Positions 8,093-14,914 of a DNA stretch of 14,914 nt are shown in pieces. Below the pieces are notes generated by a model. That model was given only the letters and a program-made list of their open reading frames with translations, was not told where the DNA came from and did not search any database. Positions within the stretch are counted from its first letter, which is position 1, and each line of letters begins with the position of its first letter. This DNA comes from Verrucomicrobiia bacterium (GTDB taxonomy: Bacteria > Verrucomicrobiota > Verrucomicrobiia > Limisphaerales > JACQFS01). The stretch is from contig DATDFH010000170.1 in the NCBI GenBank assembly GCA_036522715.1, positions 1 through 14,914 on the forward strand, written 5' to 3'. A program made the position numbers and the translations under genes.

Positions 8093-9379
8093 TCAGCGCA
8101 ACGTACGATCGAGACGCGCTTGGTGATAAGCGTGCCGTTGTGCCGGGCTCATCGAGTCAAAATCCGGCGAACCATCCGCGCGTTTGGGCCAATCACCCGA
8201 AGCAGATGACGTAAGAAGGCTCCCGCTTTTTCTCTCAACTCCCGCCGGCTTGGTGTTTGCGAGGGGATTGTTCCTTACCTCGACCGTCGTGCGCCGCGAC
8301 GAACTGCTGTCGTAGCTCATTACCTGATCGGTGAGCTTAAGGTCGTCATCCAACGAACGGTGCGGCTTGATGCCCTTGCTCTGAAGCACGCCGTGGTAGG
8401 CGCGCACGGCTTCCTCCGGCGTCACCTTGCCGTCAGTGATGAGCCGGAGCATCTCGATGAACGCGAGCTGGTGTTCGGCGTTGTTGATCTTGCGGCCGTA
8501 GAGCGCCACACGCGCGCCGTATTTCTGCGCGTCGTGAATGAGCTTGAAGGCGTCGTAGGTCGTGCCGGCGCTGCCGCCGAGAATTCCGACGACGAGGTTC
8601 GGATCGTATTGCGCAAGTTCCTCCATCGCCTTCGGTCCATGATAGACGATTTTCAGAAAGATGGGCCGGCCCGATTCCGGCACGCCGGCGAGCGTGCGGA
8701 GGATGTTGTCGTTGATGAACTCGCCGAGTTTTTCCGGCGCGATGCCGCTGTCCACGTTTGGATCGAAGACTTCGAGGAAGTGACGGAACTGCTTCCGCTC
8801 CGCCTCCTCGCGAAATTCCTTGTACCACAACAGCGCCTCGCGGTCCTGTTCGAGGTCGTTGACGTAGGTGATCGAGTAGAGGCCGAGGTTCGCGCCGGGA
8901 AATTCTCCACTTCCGTCGCGCTCACACTCGACCTCACCGCATTGGATGTGATCAATGCTCGCGCTGCGAAACGGCTGACTCGGCTCGCGCGTGTAACAGC
9001 CGTGGCGCACGGCCCACACGTCGGTGGTGTCATTCGCGCGTGCGGCGGGCGTGACGTGCGAGTCCTTGAACAAGCCTTCCTTGATCGTGAGCTGCTCGTT
9101 CACGTAAGCGCTCATCAGCATGATGTCGATGAGTCCCTGGTGCGTGACCTCGCGGATGATGTCGAGGAACTCCGGCAGGTTGCGGTATCCGAATTCATCG
9201 CGCGTCCAGACTTCGGGGGAAAATTGCGCCGGTCGAGCGCCGCCTCGCGCGAGATAGTTTCGCGGTCCCGGTGAGCGCGCGCCGAAAGCCATGTCCGCAT
9301 CCTTCGCGTCGGCGATGATGAACGCGCGCGACGAGCGGTTGGCTTTGATCTCAGCGAGCTTGGCGTCGAGGGATTTCAT
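8093..9379 (-). CDS. Class I aldolase-type TIM-barrel protein (DhnA/FbaB/LacD-like family) with a ~75 aa low-complexity C-terminal tail.
   Basis: ATG at 9379. There is a C-terminal family-like motif GARVALYGRKI (compare FbaB ...LILGRKAF). Residues KIVYHGPKA contain a lysine at a position plausible for the Schiff-base Lys. The Ser/Arg/Pro-rich tail SYDSSSSRRTTVEVRNNPLANTKPAGVERKSGSLL... looks disordered. The family assignment is from memory of motifs only. Confidence 0.5.
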   Translation of the reverse strand: MKSLDAKLAEIKANRSSRAFIIADAKDADMAFGARSPGPRNYLARGGARPAQFSPEVWTRDEFGYRNLPEFLDIIREVTHQGLIDIMLMSAYVNEQLTIKEGLFKDSHVTPAARANDTTDVWAVRHGCYTREPSQPFRSASIDHIQCGEVECERDGSGEFPGANLGLYSITYVNDLEQDREALLWYKEFREEAERKQFRHFLEVFDPNVDSGIAPEKLGEFINDNILRTLAGVPESGRPIFLKIVYHGPKAMEELAQYDPNLVVGILGGSAGTTYDAFKLIHDAQKYGARVALYGRKINNAEHQLAFIEMLRLITDGKVTPEEAVRAYHGVLQSKGIKPHRSLDDDLKLTDQVMSYDSSSSRRTTVEVRNNPLANTKPAGVERKSGSLLTSSASGDWPKRADGSPDFDSMSPAQRHAYHQARLDRTLR

Positions 9380-9389
9380 CGGATACGTG

Positions 9390-10310
9390 TCACGAATTCT
9401 TCGTGATCAGCCAGTCCGCTAGGCCCGCGCTCACGACAAGTTTTGCGAGTTCATTGGGGCCGATCACTTTAACGGAATTGGACGATTTCGGGTGCGACAT
9501 CTTGCCGTCGAAGGAATGGGCAACGAAAAAAAGTCGGTTGTGAGTTTTCGTCCGCTTCAACTCGTCGATGTAGTCTCGGACTTCATTGCTGTTCGAGCGC
9601 GATTTAATCTGTACAACCGCCCGCTCACCAGTAACGGGGGCGACGAGGTCCAAATCCCAACTCTTCTCGGTTTTCCCGCGCACACCTACGCGACGCCAAC
9701 CAGCTTGCACAAACACAAGGTCAACGAGAATTTCGAAGTCACCCCAGGTCAGATTTTGGATGAGAGGGACGAGGCAATTCTCCAGAGCGTACTTCGCAGT
9801 GTTGGCTCTTCTCACTTCGTCGGAACGCTTGCCGTTAATCCTGTCGATTGCGTATTGCCGCTCCTTGACTCGACATATAGTCCCGCGAAAGCCTCTCATC
9901 TGTGTGAGTTTTCCGCTGAGGGAGTCTAAGCTGAGACGCTCTCCCTTAATGTCAGTGTCGTGCCACTTTCCGATCACTCTTCTGATCTTCGTACCGTCGC
10001 GAAGCCGTCTTACCTTTTCCTCCGCAAAGCACCACCACATCCGAGACGCGTAAAATGTCAACCAAGCAGTCTTCGTGTTACGGGTATAGAAAAGCCTGAT
10101 TTGGTTGGTAAACTCTGTGGCCTTCCCTTTCGTTTTTGACCTTAGGTAGAATTTCCGAACCCTACTCCACTTTTCCGTGAGACAGTCATCGTGGTCTGAT
10201 TCTCTGAATCCGAGACGGATTGTTTGGGCGTTTTCAATGCAGTCCTGCTCCCACTGTCCTCCCGAACCCAATTTGATGTAGTAGATTTCGCTCGGCGAAA
10301 TTGCTTTCAC
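9390..10310 (-). CDS. Two-domain protein: an unknown ~170 aa N-terminal domain fused to a C-terminal Mrr-like PD-(D/E)xK restriction-endonuclease domain (Mrr_cat-like). Likely horizontally acquired.
   Basis: The C-terminal region FEILVDLVFVQAGWRRVGVRGKTEKSWDLDLVAPVTGERAVVQIKS matches the Mrr catalytic-core pattern (D...D-x-D...Q-x-K). GC is markedly lower (~50-52%) than flanking genes (~63%), with A/T-ending codons. The start is a GTG preceded by the SD-like AAGGGA, which native neighbours lack. Confidence 0.6.
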   Translation of the reverse strand: MKAISPSEIYYIKLGSGGQWEQDCIENAQTIRLGFRESDHDDCLTEKWSRVRKFYLRSKTKGKATEFTNQIRLFYTRNTKTAWLTFYASRMWWCFAEEKVRRLRDGTKIRRVIGKWHDTDIKGERLSLDSLSGKLTQMRGFRGTICRVKERQYAIDRINGKRSDEVRRANTAKYALENCLVPLIQNLTWGDFEILVDLVFVQAGWRRVGVRGKTEKSWDLDLVAPVTGERAVVQIKSRSNSNEVRDYIDELKRTKTHNRLFFVAHSFDGKMSHPKSSNSVKVIGPNELAKLVVSAGLADWLITKNS

Positions 10311-10335
10311 GTTTATCCCTTCGCTCTTTCGCGTC

Positions 10336-11379
10336 TCATTTCATCTGCGCTAGAATCTGGTCTGTGATCGCCTGCACGGCCTTCTCCGCTTCGGAATCGT
10401 AGCCGACTGTGGCTTCCTGTTTCGCGGGCACGGCGCAGGTGACTCCGGGGCGCCAGTCGTCGTTGTCGCACAGCTCGCACTCCTTGAGGCCGTAACGCGG
10501 ATCGGGAATGCCGAGGGTCTGCTTGATCTTGAGCAGGTCCTGAAGCTGGCCGGTGGTCATTGTCTTCGGCGGGACGCCCAGTTGGTTGGTCACGAGCACC
10601 GTGTGGCAATAGGCCTCGATGATCTCCATCTTGAAGTAGGCGTCCTCGACGTTGTTGTGGCTCCACGAGACGACGCCGTGATTGGCCATGAGGATGGTGT
10701 TGTGTTTGTCCACCAGTTCGGCGACGAGCTTGCCCATCTCCGGCGTGCCCGGCGTGCGATACGGCGCAATGGCCACCGACGCGAACACTTCAAACTCCGG
10801 AATCATGCACGACGGCGGCACCAGTCCGGCGATCGCGAAGGCCGTGCTGTACGGCGGATGGCAATGGCACGTCGCGACTGCCTTGGGCTGCTGCTTCATG
10901 ATCTGGAGGTGCATCAGGATTTCGCTCGTGCGCTTCTTCACGCCGGCGAGTTGGTTGCCCTCAAAGTCCACGAGGCACATGTCCTCGGGTTTCATGAAGC
11001 CCTTGCTCACCAGCGTGGGCGTGCACAGCGCGATGTCCTCGCCGACGCGGATGGCGATGTTGCCGCCGTTGCCGTCCACGTAGGCGCGCTGCCACAAGCG
11101 GCGACCGATTTCACAGAGTTGTTCCTTCAACGCGTGGCAGTAGGGCGAGTTGAAGAGTGCTTCGAGTTCGGCCTTCGGCGATTTGGAATTGAGCTGCTTC
11201 GCCGGCGCGCTTGTGGAACCACTGACGGCGGGCGCACCGGAGGCACCGCCGCGGCGTTGTAGGTCGCGGAGCATGTCCCTGGCGGACGGCGTGTAAACGG
11301 CATCGCCTGGCAGGCTTTTCAAATCGCCGCCGCGGGCGAGCACGGCCTCGATGTCTTTGGCGCTGATTACGTTCGTCAT
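10336..11379 (-). CDS. Class II aldolase (L-fuculose-/L-rhamnulose-1-phosphate aldolase family), BMC-associated, with a ~75 aa N-terminal extension and a ~45 aa C-terminal extension.
   Basis: The core carries the Zn-ligand motifs H-x-H (ATCHCHPPY) and a third His (MANHGVV), as in FucA/RhaD. The N-terminal extension has a short helix (SAKDIEAVLARGG) plus a Gly/Ser/Ala/Pro-rich linker. The C-terminus ends in an amphipathic helix (EAEKAVQAITDQILAQMK) resembling a BMC encapsulation peptide. The ATG at 11379 overlaps the upstream BMC-P stop (ATGA). Confidence 0.85.
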   Translation of the reverse strand: MTNVISAKDIEAVLARGGDLKSLPGDAVYTPSARDMLRDLQRRGGASGAPAVSGSTSAPAKQLNSKSPKAELEALFNSPYCHALKEQLCEIGRRLWQRAYVDGNGGNIAIRVGEDIALCTPTLVSKGFMKPEDMCLVDFEGNQLAGVKKRTSEILMHLQIMKQQPKAVATCHCHPPYSTAFAIAGLVPPSCMIPEFEVFASVAIAPYRTPGTPEMGKLVAELVDKHNTILMANHGVVSWSHNNVEDAYFKMEIIEAYCHTVLVTNQLGVPPKTMTTGQLQDLLKIKQTLGIPDPRYGLKECELCDNDDWRPGVTCAVPAKQEATVGYDSEAEKAVQAITDQILAQMK

Positions 11380-11681
11380 GGGTTGAAGGGGTTGTAAAAA
11401 ATATCGTCCACCAGCGCGGCATTGATGGCATCCACTGGCGTGGGTGCGTCGAACGGCTGCGCGGCCTCGCGGCCCTCGATGTAGCCGATGGTCTGGCCAA
11501 CGCCGCCGCCGAGAGCGTCATACACGACCAGGCTCGGGTCTTTGCTCAGGCCCGTCGGCGTCTGGGTGCCGCGCTGAAAATGTTCACGCGTGAATGGCGA
11601 GACGATGAGCCAACGCGCGCCGACCAGCTCGGGCGCCGCCTTGCTCAACGTGACGCGACCGATGACGGAGCCGAGCTTCAC
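11376..11681 (-). CDS. BMC vertex (pentamer) protein, EutN/PduN/CcmL family (BMC-P), paralog 3.
   Basis: MKLGSVIGRVTLSK...LVVYDALGGGVGQTIGY is the typical PF03319 pattern. The GTG start overlaps the preceding BMC-P stop (GTGA). Confidence 0.8.
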   Translation of the reverse strand: MKLGSVIGRVTLSKAAPELVGARWLIVSPFTREHFQRGTQTPTGLSKDPSLVVYDALGGGVGQTIGYIEGREAAQPFDAPTPVDAINAALVDDIFYNPFNP

Positions 11682-11956
11682 ACGGCCACCCCCGGTTCGA
11701 TTTCGTCCACGACACCGACGACCAGCCAGCGCACGGGACTTTTTTGATCACCGACGGCATTGCGCGCGGCAGAACCATCAGAGGAGATGACGACGCGCTG
11801 ATGCATGCCGGCACCGTGCGAATCGATCGCGATTTGCGGCGCGCCCTCGGCATCGCCGGCGTGATTGATCGGCTGACAGATCACAAGCCGCCAGCCCTCG
11901 AAGCTCGGATGCTTGCGAGTCGCCACGACATTGCCTTCAACACGCGCGAGGAGCAC
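11678..11956 (-). CDS. BMC vertex (pentamer) protein, EutN/PduN family (BMC-P), paralog 2.
   Basis: MLLARVEGNVVATRKHPSFEGWRLVICQP... is PduN-like. The GTG start lies 3 nt after the aldehyde dehydrogenase stop. Confidence 0.75.
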   Translation of the reverse strand: MLLARVEGNVVATRKHPSFEGWRLVICQPINHAGDAEGAPQIAIDSHGAGMHQRVVISSDGSAARNAVGDQKSPVRWLVVGVVDEIEPGVAV

Positions 11957-11959
11957 GGC

Positions 11960-13456
11960 TCAATAGATCCTCAGGTTGTCCACCATCACGCAGCGACGGA
12001 CGCGCGTAAAGGTTTTCGGATTCGTCACGCCTTCGCCGGTCGGCGTGGCGATGGAGTAGCTCAAGTAACCCTCGCCGCCGAGGCCGAGACCGGCCATGCA
12101 CGGGCCGTTCTTGATGAACAACGTCGTGTCGAGCGCGCGGCCCATCGCGGTCATCGCCTCGACGTCGTGCGAGTGGATGATGCTCGTGTGCTTGTAGCCG
12201 TGCTCGGCTTCGAGCGAATGCGCGACGCCTTCCTCCAGGCTCTTCACGCGCGTGATCGGCAGGAAGGGCATCATCTGCTCCTCGACGACGAACGGATGGT
12301 TCGCGTCCGTCTCGGCGAAGAGCAACTGCGTGCCGGCCGGAATGTTAACGCCGGCCGCCTTCGCGAGAACACCGGGGTCCTTGCCGATGAAATCCTTGTT
12401 CACCGAGGCGTGCGGACAGCCGCCGCCTTCGCCGGGCTTGAAGGTGAACGCCGCCTTCGTTAGCGCGTCGAGTTGGGCATTGCTCAACTTCACCGCGCCG
12501 TTCTGCTCCATCTGCGACATCAATTTGTCCGCGATGTTTTCGAGCGCAAAGACTTCCTTCTCGCCGATGCAGAGCAGGTTGTTGTCGTAGCTGGCGCCTT
12601 GGATGATGGCCTTGGCCGCACGCTTCATGCAGGCGGTGTCATCGACGAATACAGGCGGGTTGCCGGGGCCGGCGCAGATGGCGCGTTTGCCGGTCTGCAT
12701 CGCGGCCTTCACCACGCCGGGACCGCCGGTGACGAGCAACAGCCGCACGGCGTCGTGCTTACACATGGCCGCGAAGCTTTCCATCGAGGGCTTCTCGATG
12801 GTGGTCGCGATGTTCTCGATGCCGGTCTCGCGGTAGATGGCTTCGTTGTAGGCGCGCACCGCGGTGGCGGCACAACGCGCGGCGGCCGGATGCGGATTGA
12901 ACACGGCGGCATTCCCAGCGGCGCAGATGTTCACGATGTTGCCGCTCAACGTCGGGATGGAATGCGTGCTCGGCGTGACCGCGCCGACGACACCGAACGG
13001 CGTGTATTCCTCGAGCGTGATGCCGTGGTCGCCGCTGCGGCCATCGGGGCGAAGCCACTCCACGCCGGGGACGAGTTTGATGATCTTGAGCTTCTCGATC
13101 TTGTGGTCGAGCCGGCCGATCTTCGTCTCGTCGAGTTCGAGTTTGCCCCACGCCTCGGCGTTGGAGTCCGCCATCGACTTGATGATCTCGACGATCTTCA
13201 CGCGCGCGGCGACGCCGGCCTTCTGAAGTTGCAGGAAAGATTCCTGCGCGGCGGCGCAGGCTTCGTTGGCGTCCTGGAACACGCCGAACTTCCCGCGCAA
13301 CGCGGGCTTGCCGTTCGTTGAATTCTTGCCGCCGCAGCCGCAATCCTGCCTCGGTGCGGGAGCGGGAGCGGATTTCGCCGCTGGCGCTGCGCCGCCCAAA
13401 CGGCCCAACACTTCGGTGACAACGTCTCGAATCAAAGTTTCGTTCACGGCACTCAT
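11960..13456 (-). CDS. CoA-acylating aldehyde dehydrogenase (PduP/EutE-like) with an N-terminal BMC encapsulation peptide.
   Basis: N-terminal MSAVNETLIRDVVTEVLGRLGG is an amphipathic helix, followed by the Ala/Pro-rich linker AAPAAKSAPAPAPRQ. This is the classic encapsulation-peptide-plus-linker arrangement (compare PduP MNTSELETLIRTIL...). Catalytic Cys context NLLCIGEKEVF. The ~500 aa length fits the family. Confidence 0.9.
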   Translation of the reverse strand: MSAVNETLIRDVVTEVLGRLGGAAPAAKSAPAPAPRQDCGCGGKNSTNGKPALRGKFGVFQDANEACAAAQESFLQLQKAGVAARVKIVEIIKSMADSNAEAWGKLELDETKIGRLDHKIEKLKIIKLVPGVEWLRPDGRSGDHGITLEEYTPFGVVGAVTPSTHSIPTLSGNIVNICAAGNAAVFNPHPAAARCAATAVRAYNEAIYRETGIENIATTIEKPSMESFAAMCKHDAVRLLLVTGGPGVVKAAMQTGKRAICAGPGNPPVFVDDTACMKRAAKAIIQGASYDNNLLCIGEKEVFALENIADKLMSQMEQNGAVKLSNAQLDALTKAAFTFKPGEGGGCPHASVNKDFIGKDPGVLAKAAGVNIPAGTQLLFAETDANHPFVVEEQMMPFLPITRVKSLEEGVAHSLEAEHGYKHTSIIHSHDVEAMTAMGRALDTTLFIKNGPCMAGLGLGGEGYLSYSIATPTGEGVTNPKTFTRVRRCVMVDNLRIY

Positions 13457-13473
13457 AGTCTGTTCGCCGCCTG

Positions 13474-13788
13474 CTACTGGGCTTTCGCGCTGTAAATTTG
13501 TTTCCCGAGCACATCCACGGTGTCCACGATGCCGATGATGACGGCGTCCACCGGGGCGTCTTTCATGCCGCCGGCCAGGCGGGCGCTGCTGCCCTGACAG
13601 AACATCACCAGTTCGTTGATGCCCGCGCCGACGGTGTCCACCGCCACGATGGTGTTCGAGCCGGGGCGGAATTTCGTGGGATCCTTTTCATCCACCAATT
13701 GCGGTCGGAGCAGGAGCAGCTTGCGGCCGTTCATGCTGGCCTCTTTCTTGGTCGAGACCACCGAGCCTTCTACGCGAGCGAGGAACAT
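13474..13788 (-). CDS. BMC vertex (pentamer) protein, EutN/PduN family (BMC-P), paralog 1.
   Basis: MFLARVEGSVVSTKKEASMNGRKLLLLRP... closely resembles the PduN N-terminus. ATG start. Confidence 0.85.
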   Translation of the reverse strand: MFLARVEGSVVSTKKEASMNGRKLLLLRPQLVDEKDPTKFRPGSNTIVAVDTVGAGINELVMFCQGSSARLAGGMKDAPVDAVIIGIVDTVDVLGKQIYSAKAQ

Positions 13789-13851
13789 GGTGTTAAGGAA
13801 TTTACAGCAATCGGCAATCGGTGGAGGCCGTCACGGATTGCGCATCACTCG

Positions 13852-14142
13852 TTACGTTGTCCGCTTCTTCGGCAGGACCGCGTCCACGTCGTTGTGCGGG
13901 CGGGCGATGACGTGCACGCTGACGACTTCGCCCTTGATGGCCTTGATGGCTTGGGCGCCGGCGTCGGTGGCGGCCTTCACGGCGGCGACGTCGCCGACGA
14001 CGACCGCGGTGACGAGGGCGTTGCCGACCTGCATCATCGGGCCGGCAAGCTCGACGTTCGCGGCCTTGAGCATCGCGTCGGTGCCCTCGACGAGGGCGAC
14101 GAGGCCGCGGGTTTCAATCATTCCAATTGCTGGTTGTGCCAT
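13852..14142 (-). CDS. BMC hexamer shell protein (PduA/EutM-like, PF00936, BMC-H).
   Basis: [28 protein letters not shown]...[19 protein letters not shown]...[16 protein letters not shown] is near-colinear with PduA motifs. Confidence 0.9.
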   Translation of the reverse strand: MAQPAIGMIETRGLVALVEGTDAMLKAANVELAGPMMQVGNALVTAVVVGDVAAVKAATDAGAQAIKAIKGEVVSVHVIARPHNDVDAVLPKKRTT

Positions 14143-14186
14143 AGTTTAGTTGATGGTTGATGGTTCGGAGAATTGGTGAGGAGTAA

Positions 14187-14914
14187 TCAATTTCGACTTT
14201 CGAGCAGGCGCTTCGCTTCGCGTGCGACGACGAGTTCCTCGTTCGTCGGAATCACCAGCACTTTCACGCGTGAGTTGGTGGCGCTGATGACCGCTTCGGT
14301 GGCGCAGGTGGAATTGTTTTTCTCCACGTCGAGCACGATGCCGAGCTGGTCGAGGTTCGCGCAAATCGCGGCGCGCAGTTCCGCGCGGTTCTCGCCGATG
14401 CCGGCAGTGAAGACGATGGCGTCGGCGCCGTTCATCTGGAAGAAGTAGCCACCAATCCAGCGACGCGCTTCGCTGACGAACACATCGATCGCGAGCTTGG
14501 CCTTGGCGTTGCCTTTCGCAGCGGCATCCTGGATGTCGCGAATGTCGTTGGAGAGTCCGCCGCTGAGACCTTTGAGGCCGGCTTCCTTCGAAAGCTGGCG
14601 TTGCGCTTCCTCGACGGCGAGGCCGAGAGTTTTGGCGGCGTAGGGCAACGCTTCTGCATCGAGATCGCCGACGCGGTTGTTGTGCGGCAGGCCGGATTGC
14701 GGGCTCATGCCTAGGCTGTTGCCTATGGCGACGCCGTTCAGGATCCCCGTGATGCTGGAACTGCCACCCAAGTGACACGAGATGACTCGGAGCGGCGCGC
14801 CAGTTACTGGAGACTTGCCACCGCTCACGTAAAGACTCTGCGCCCGCGATGAGACGTCCGTCCGTCCGAACATTTCCGCGCTGCGTTCGGCGATGAACTT
14901 GTGGCTCGCGCCGT
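14187..14914 (-). CDS. ackA: Acetate (acyl) kinase, C-terminal ~240 aa. The 5' end lies beyond the window end.
   Basis: VFTAGIGENRAELRAAICANLDQLGIVLDVEKN and VLVIPTNEELVVAREAKRLL match the conserved AckA C-terminus. The ORF is open to the window edge; the ATG at 14873 is internal. Confidence 0.85.
   Translation of the reverse strand, partial: GASHKFIAERSAEMFGRTDVSSRAQSLYVSGGKSPVTGAPLRVISCHLGGSSSITGILNGVAIGNSLGMSPQSGLPHNNRVGDLDAEALPYAAKTLGLAVEEAQRQLSKEAGLKGLSGGLSNDIRDIQDAAAKGNAKAKLAIDVFVSEARRWIGGYFFQMNGADAIVFTAGIGENRAELRAAICANLDQLGIVLDVEKNNSTCATEAVISATNSRVKVLVIPTNEELVVAREAKRLLESRN

Noticed and set aside
8360-9274. 304 aa plus-strand ORF
   Set aside because: It is antisense to the class I aldolase-like gene and has Arg/Val/Ala-rich junk composition.
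9492-10053. Plus-strand ORFs inside the low-GC nuclease gene
   Set aside because: Lower GC makes random ORFs more frequent, and they have no motifs. The minus-strand frame carries the PD-(D/E)xK signature and fits the operon strand.
12759-13514. 251 aa minus-strand ORF, plus the plus-strand ORFs at 12473..13321 and 11744..12463
   Set aside because: They are out-of-frame or antisense overlaps of the aldehyde dehydrogenase gene and are extremely Arg-rich.
1-14914. Search for tRNA/rRNA genes, CRISPR repeats, IS elements, or integrase/att sites flanking the low-GC gene
   Set aside because: No T-loop-like GGTTCGA motifs, no regularly spaced direct repeats and no transposase-like ORFs were seen by eye. 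The insertion at 9390..10310 therefore has no recognisable mobility scaffold within the window.

Overview
GC-rich (~63%) bacterial window; most native genes lack obvious Shine-Dalgarno sequences. It holds two functional blocks, and almost all genes are on the minus strand.

Block 1 (1..5582) encodes envelope and secreted proteins:
- a partial secreted BNR/Asp-box sialidase-like protein
- a LOG-family phosphoribohydrolase, translationally coupled to a small 2-TM PH-domain membrane protein
- an SPFH/band-7 membrane protein
- a secreted PAP2-type protein with all three vanadium-haloperoxidase/acid-phosphatase active-site motifs.

Block 2 (5870..14914) is an L-rhamnose/L-fucose (lactaldehyde) catabolic region:
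- a plus-strand bifunctional rhamnulose-1-phosphate aldolase/short-chain dehydrogenase (RhaEW-type)
- converging on it, a long minus-strand operon that is the core of a Planctomycetes-Verrucomicrobia (PVM)-type bacterial microcompartment (BMC) locus. In transcription order this is: acetate kinase (5' part outside window), one BMC-H shell protein, BMC-P, a CoA-acylating aldehyde dehydrogenase with an N-terminal encapsulation peptide, two more BMC-P vertex paralogs, a class II (FucA/RhaD-like) aldolase with N- and C-terminal extensions, and a distal DhnA/FbaB-like class I aldolase-type gene.
- wedged precisely into this operon, a clearly lower-GC (~50%) gene encoding an unknown N-terminal domain fused to an Mrr-like PD-(D/E)xK nuclease domain. 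It looks like a horizontally acquired, possibly modification-dependent restriction/defence gene, and I consider it the most unusual feature of the window.

No tRNA, rRNA, CRISPR array or transposase was seen. Most long ORFs in the supplied track that run antisense to these genes are Arg/Ala-rich GC-frame artefacts.
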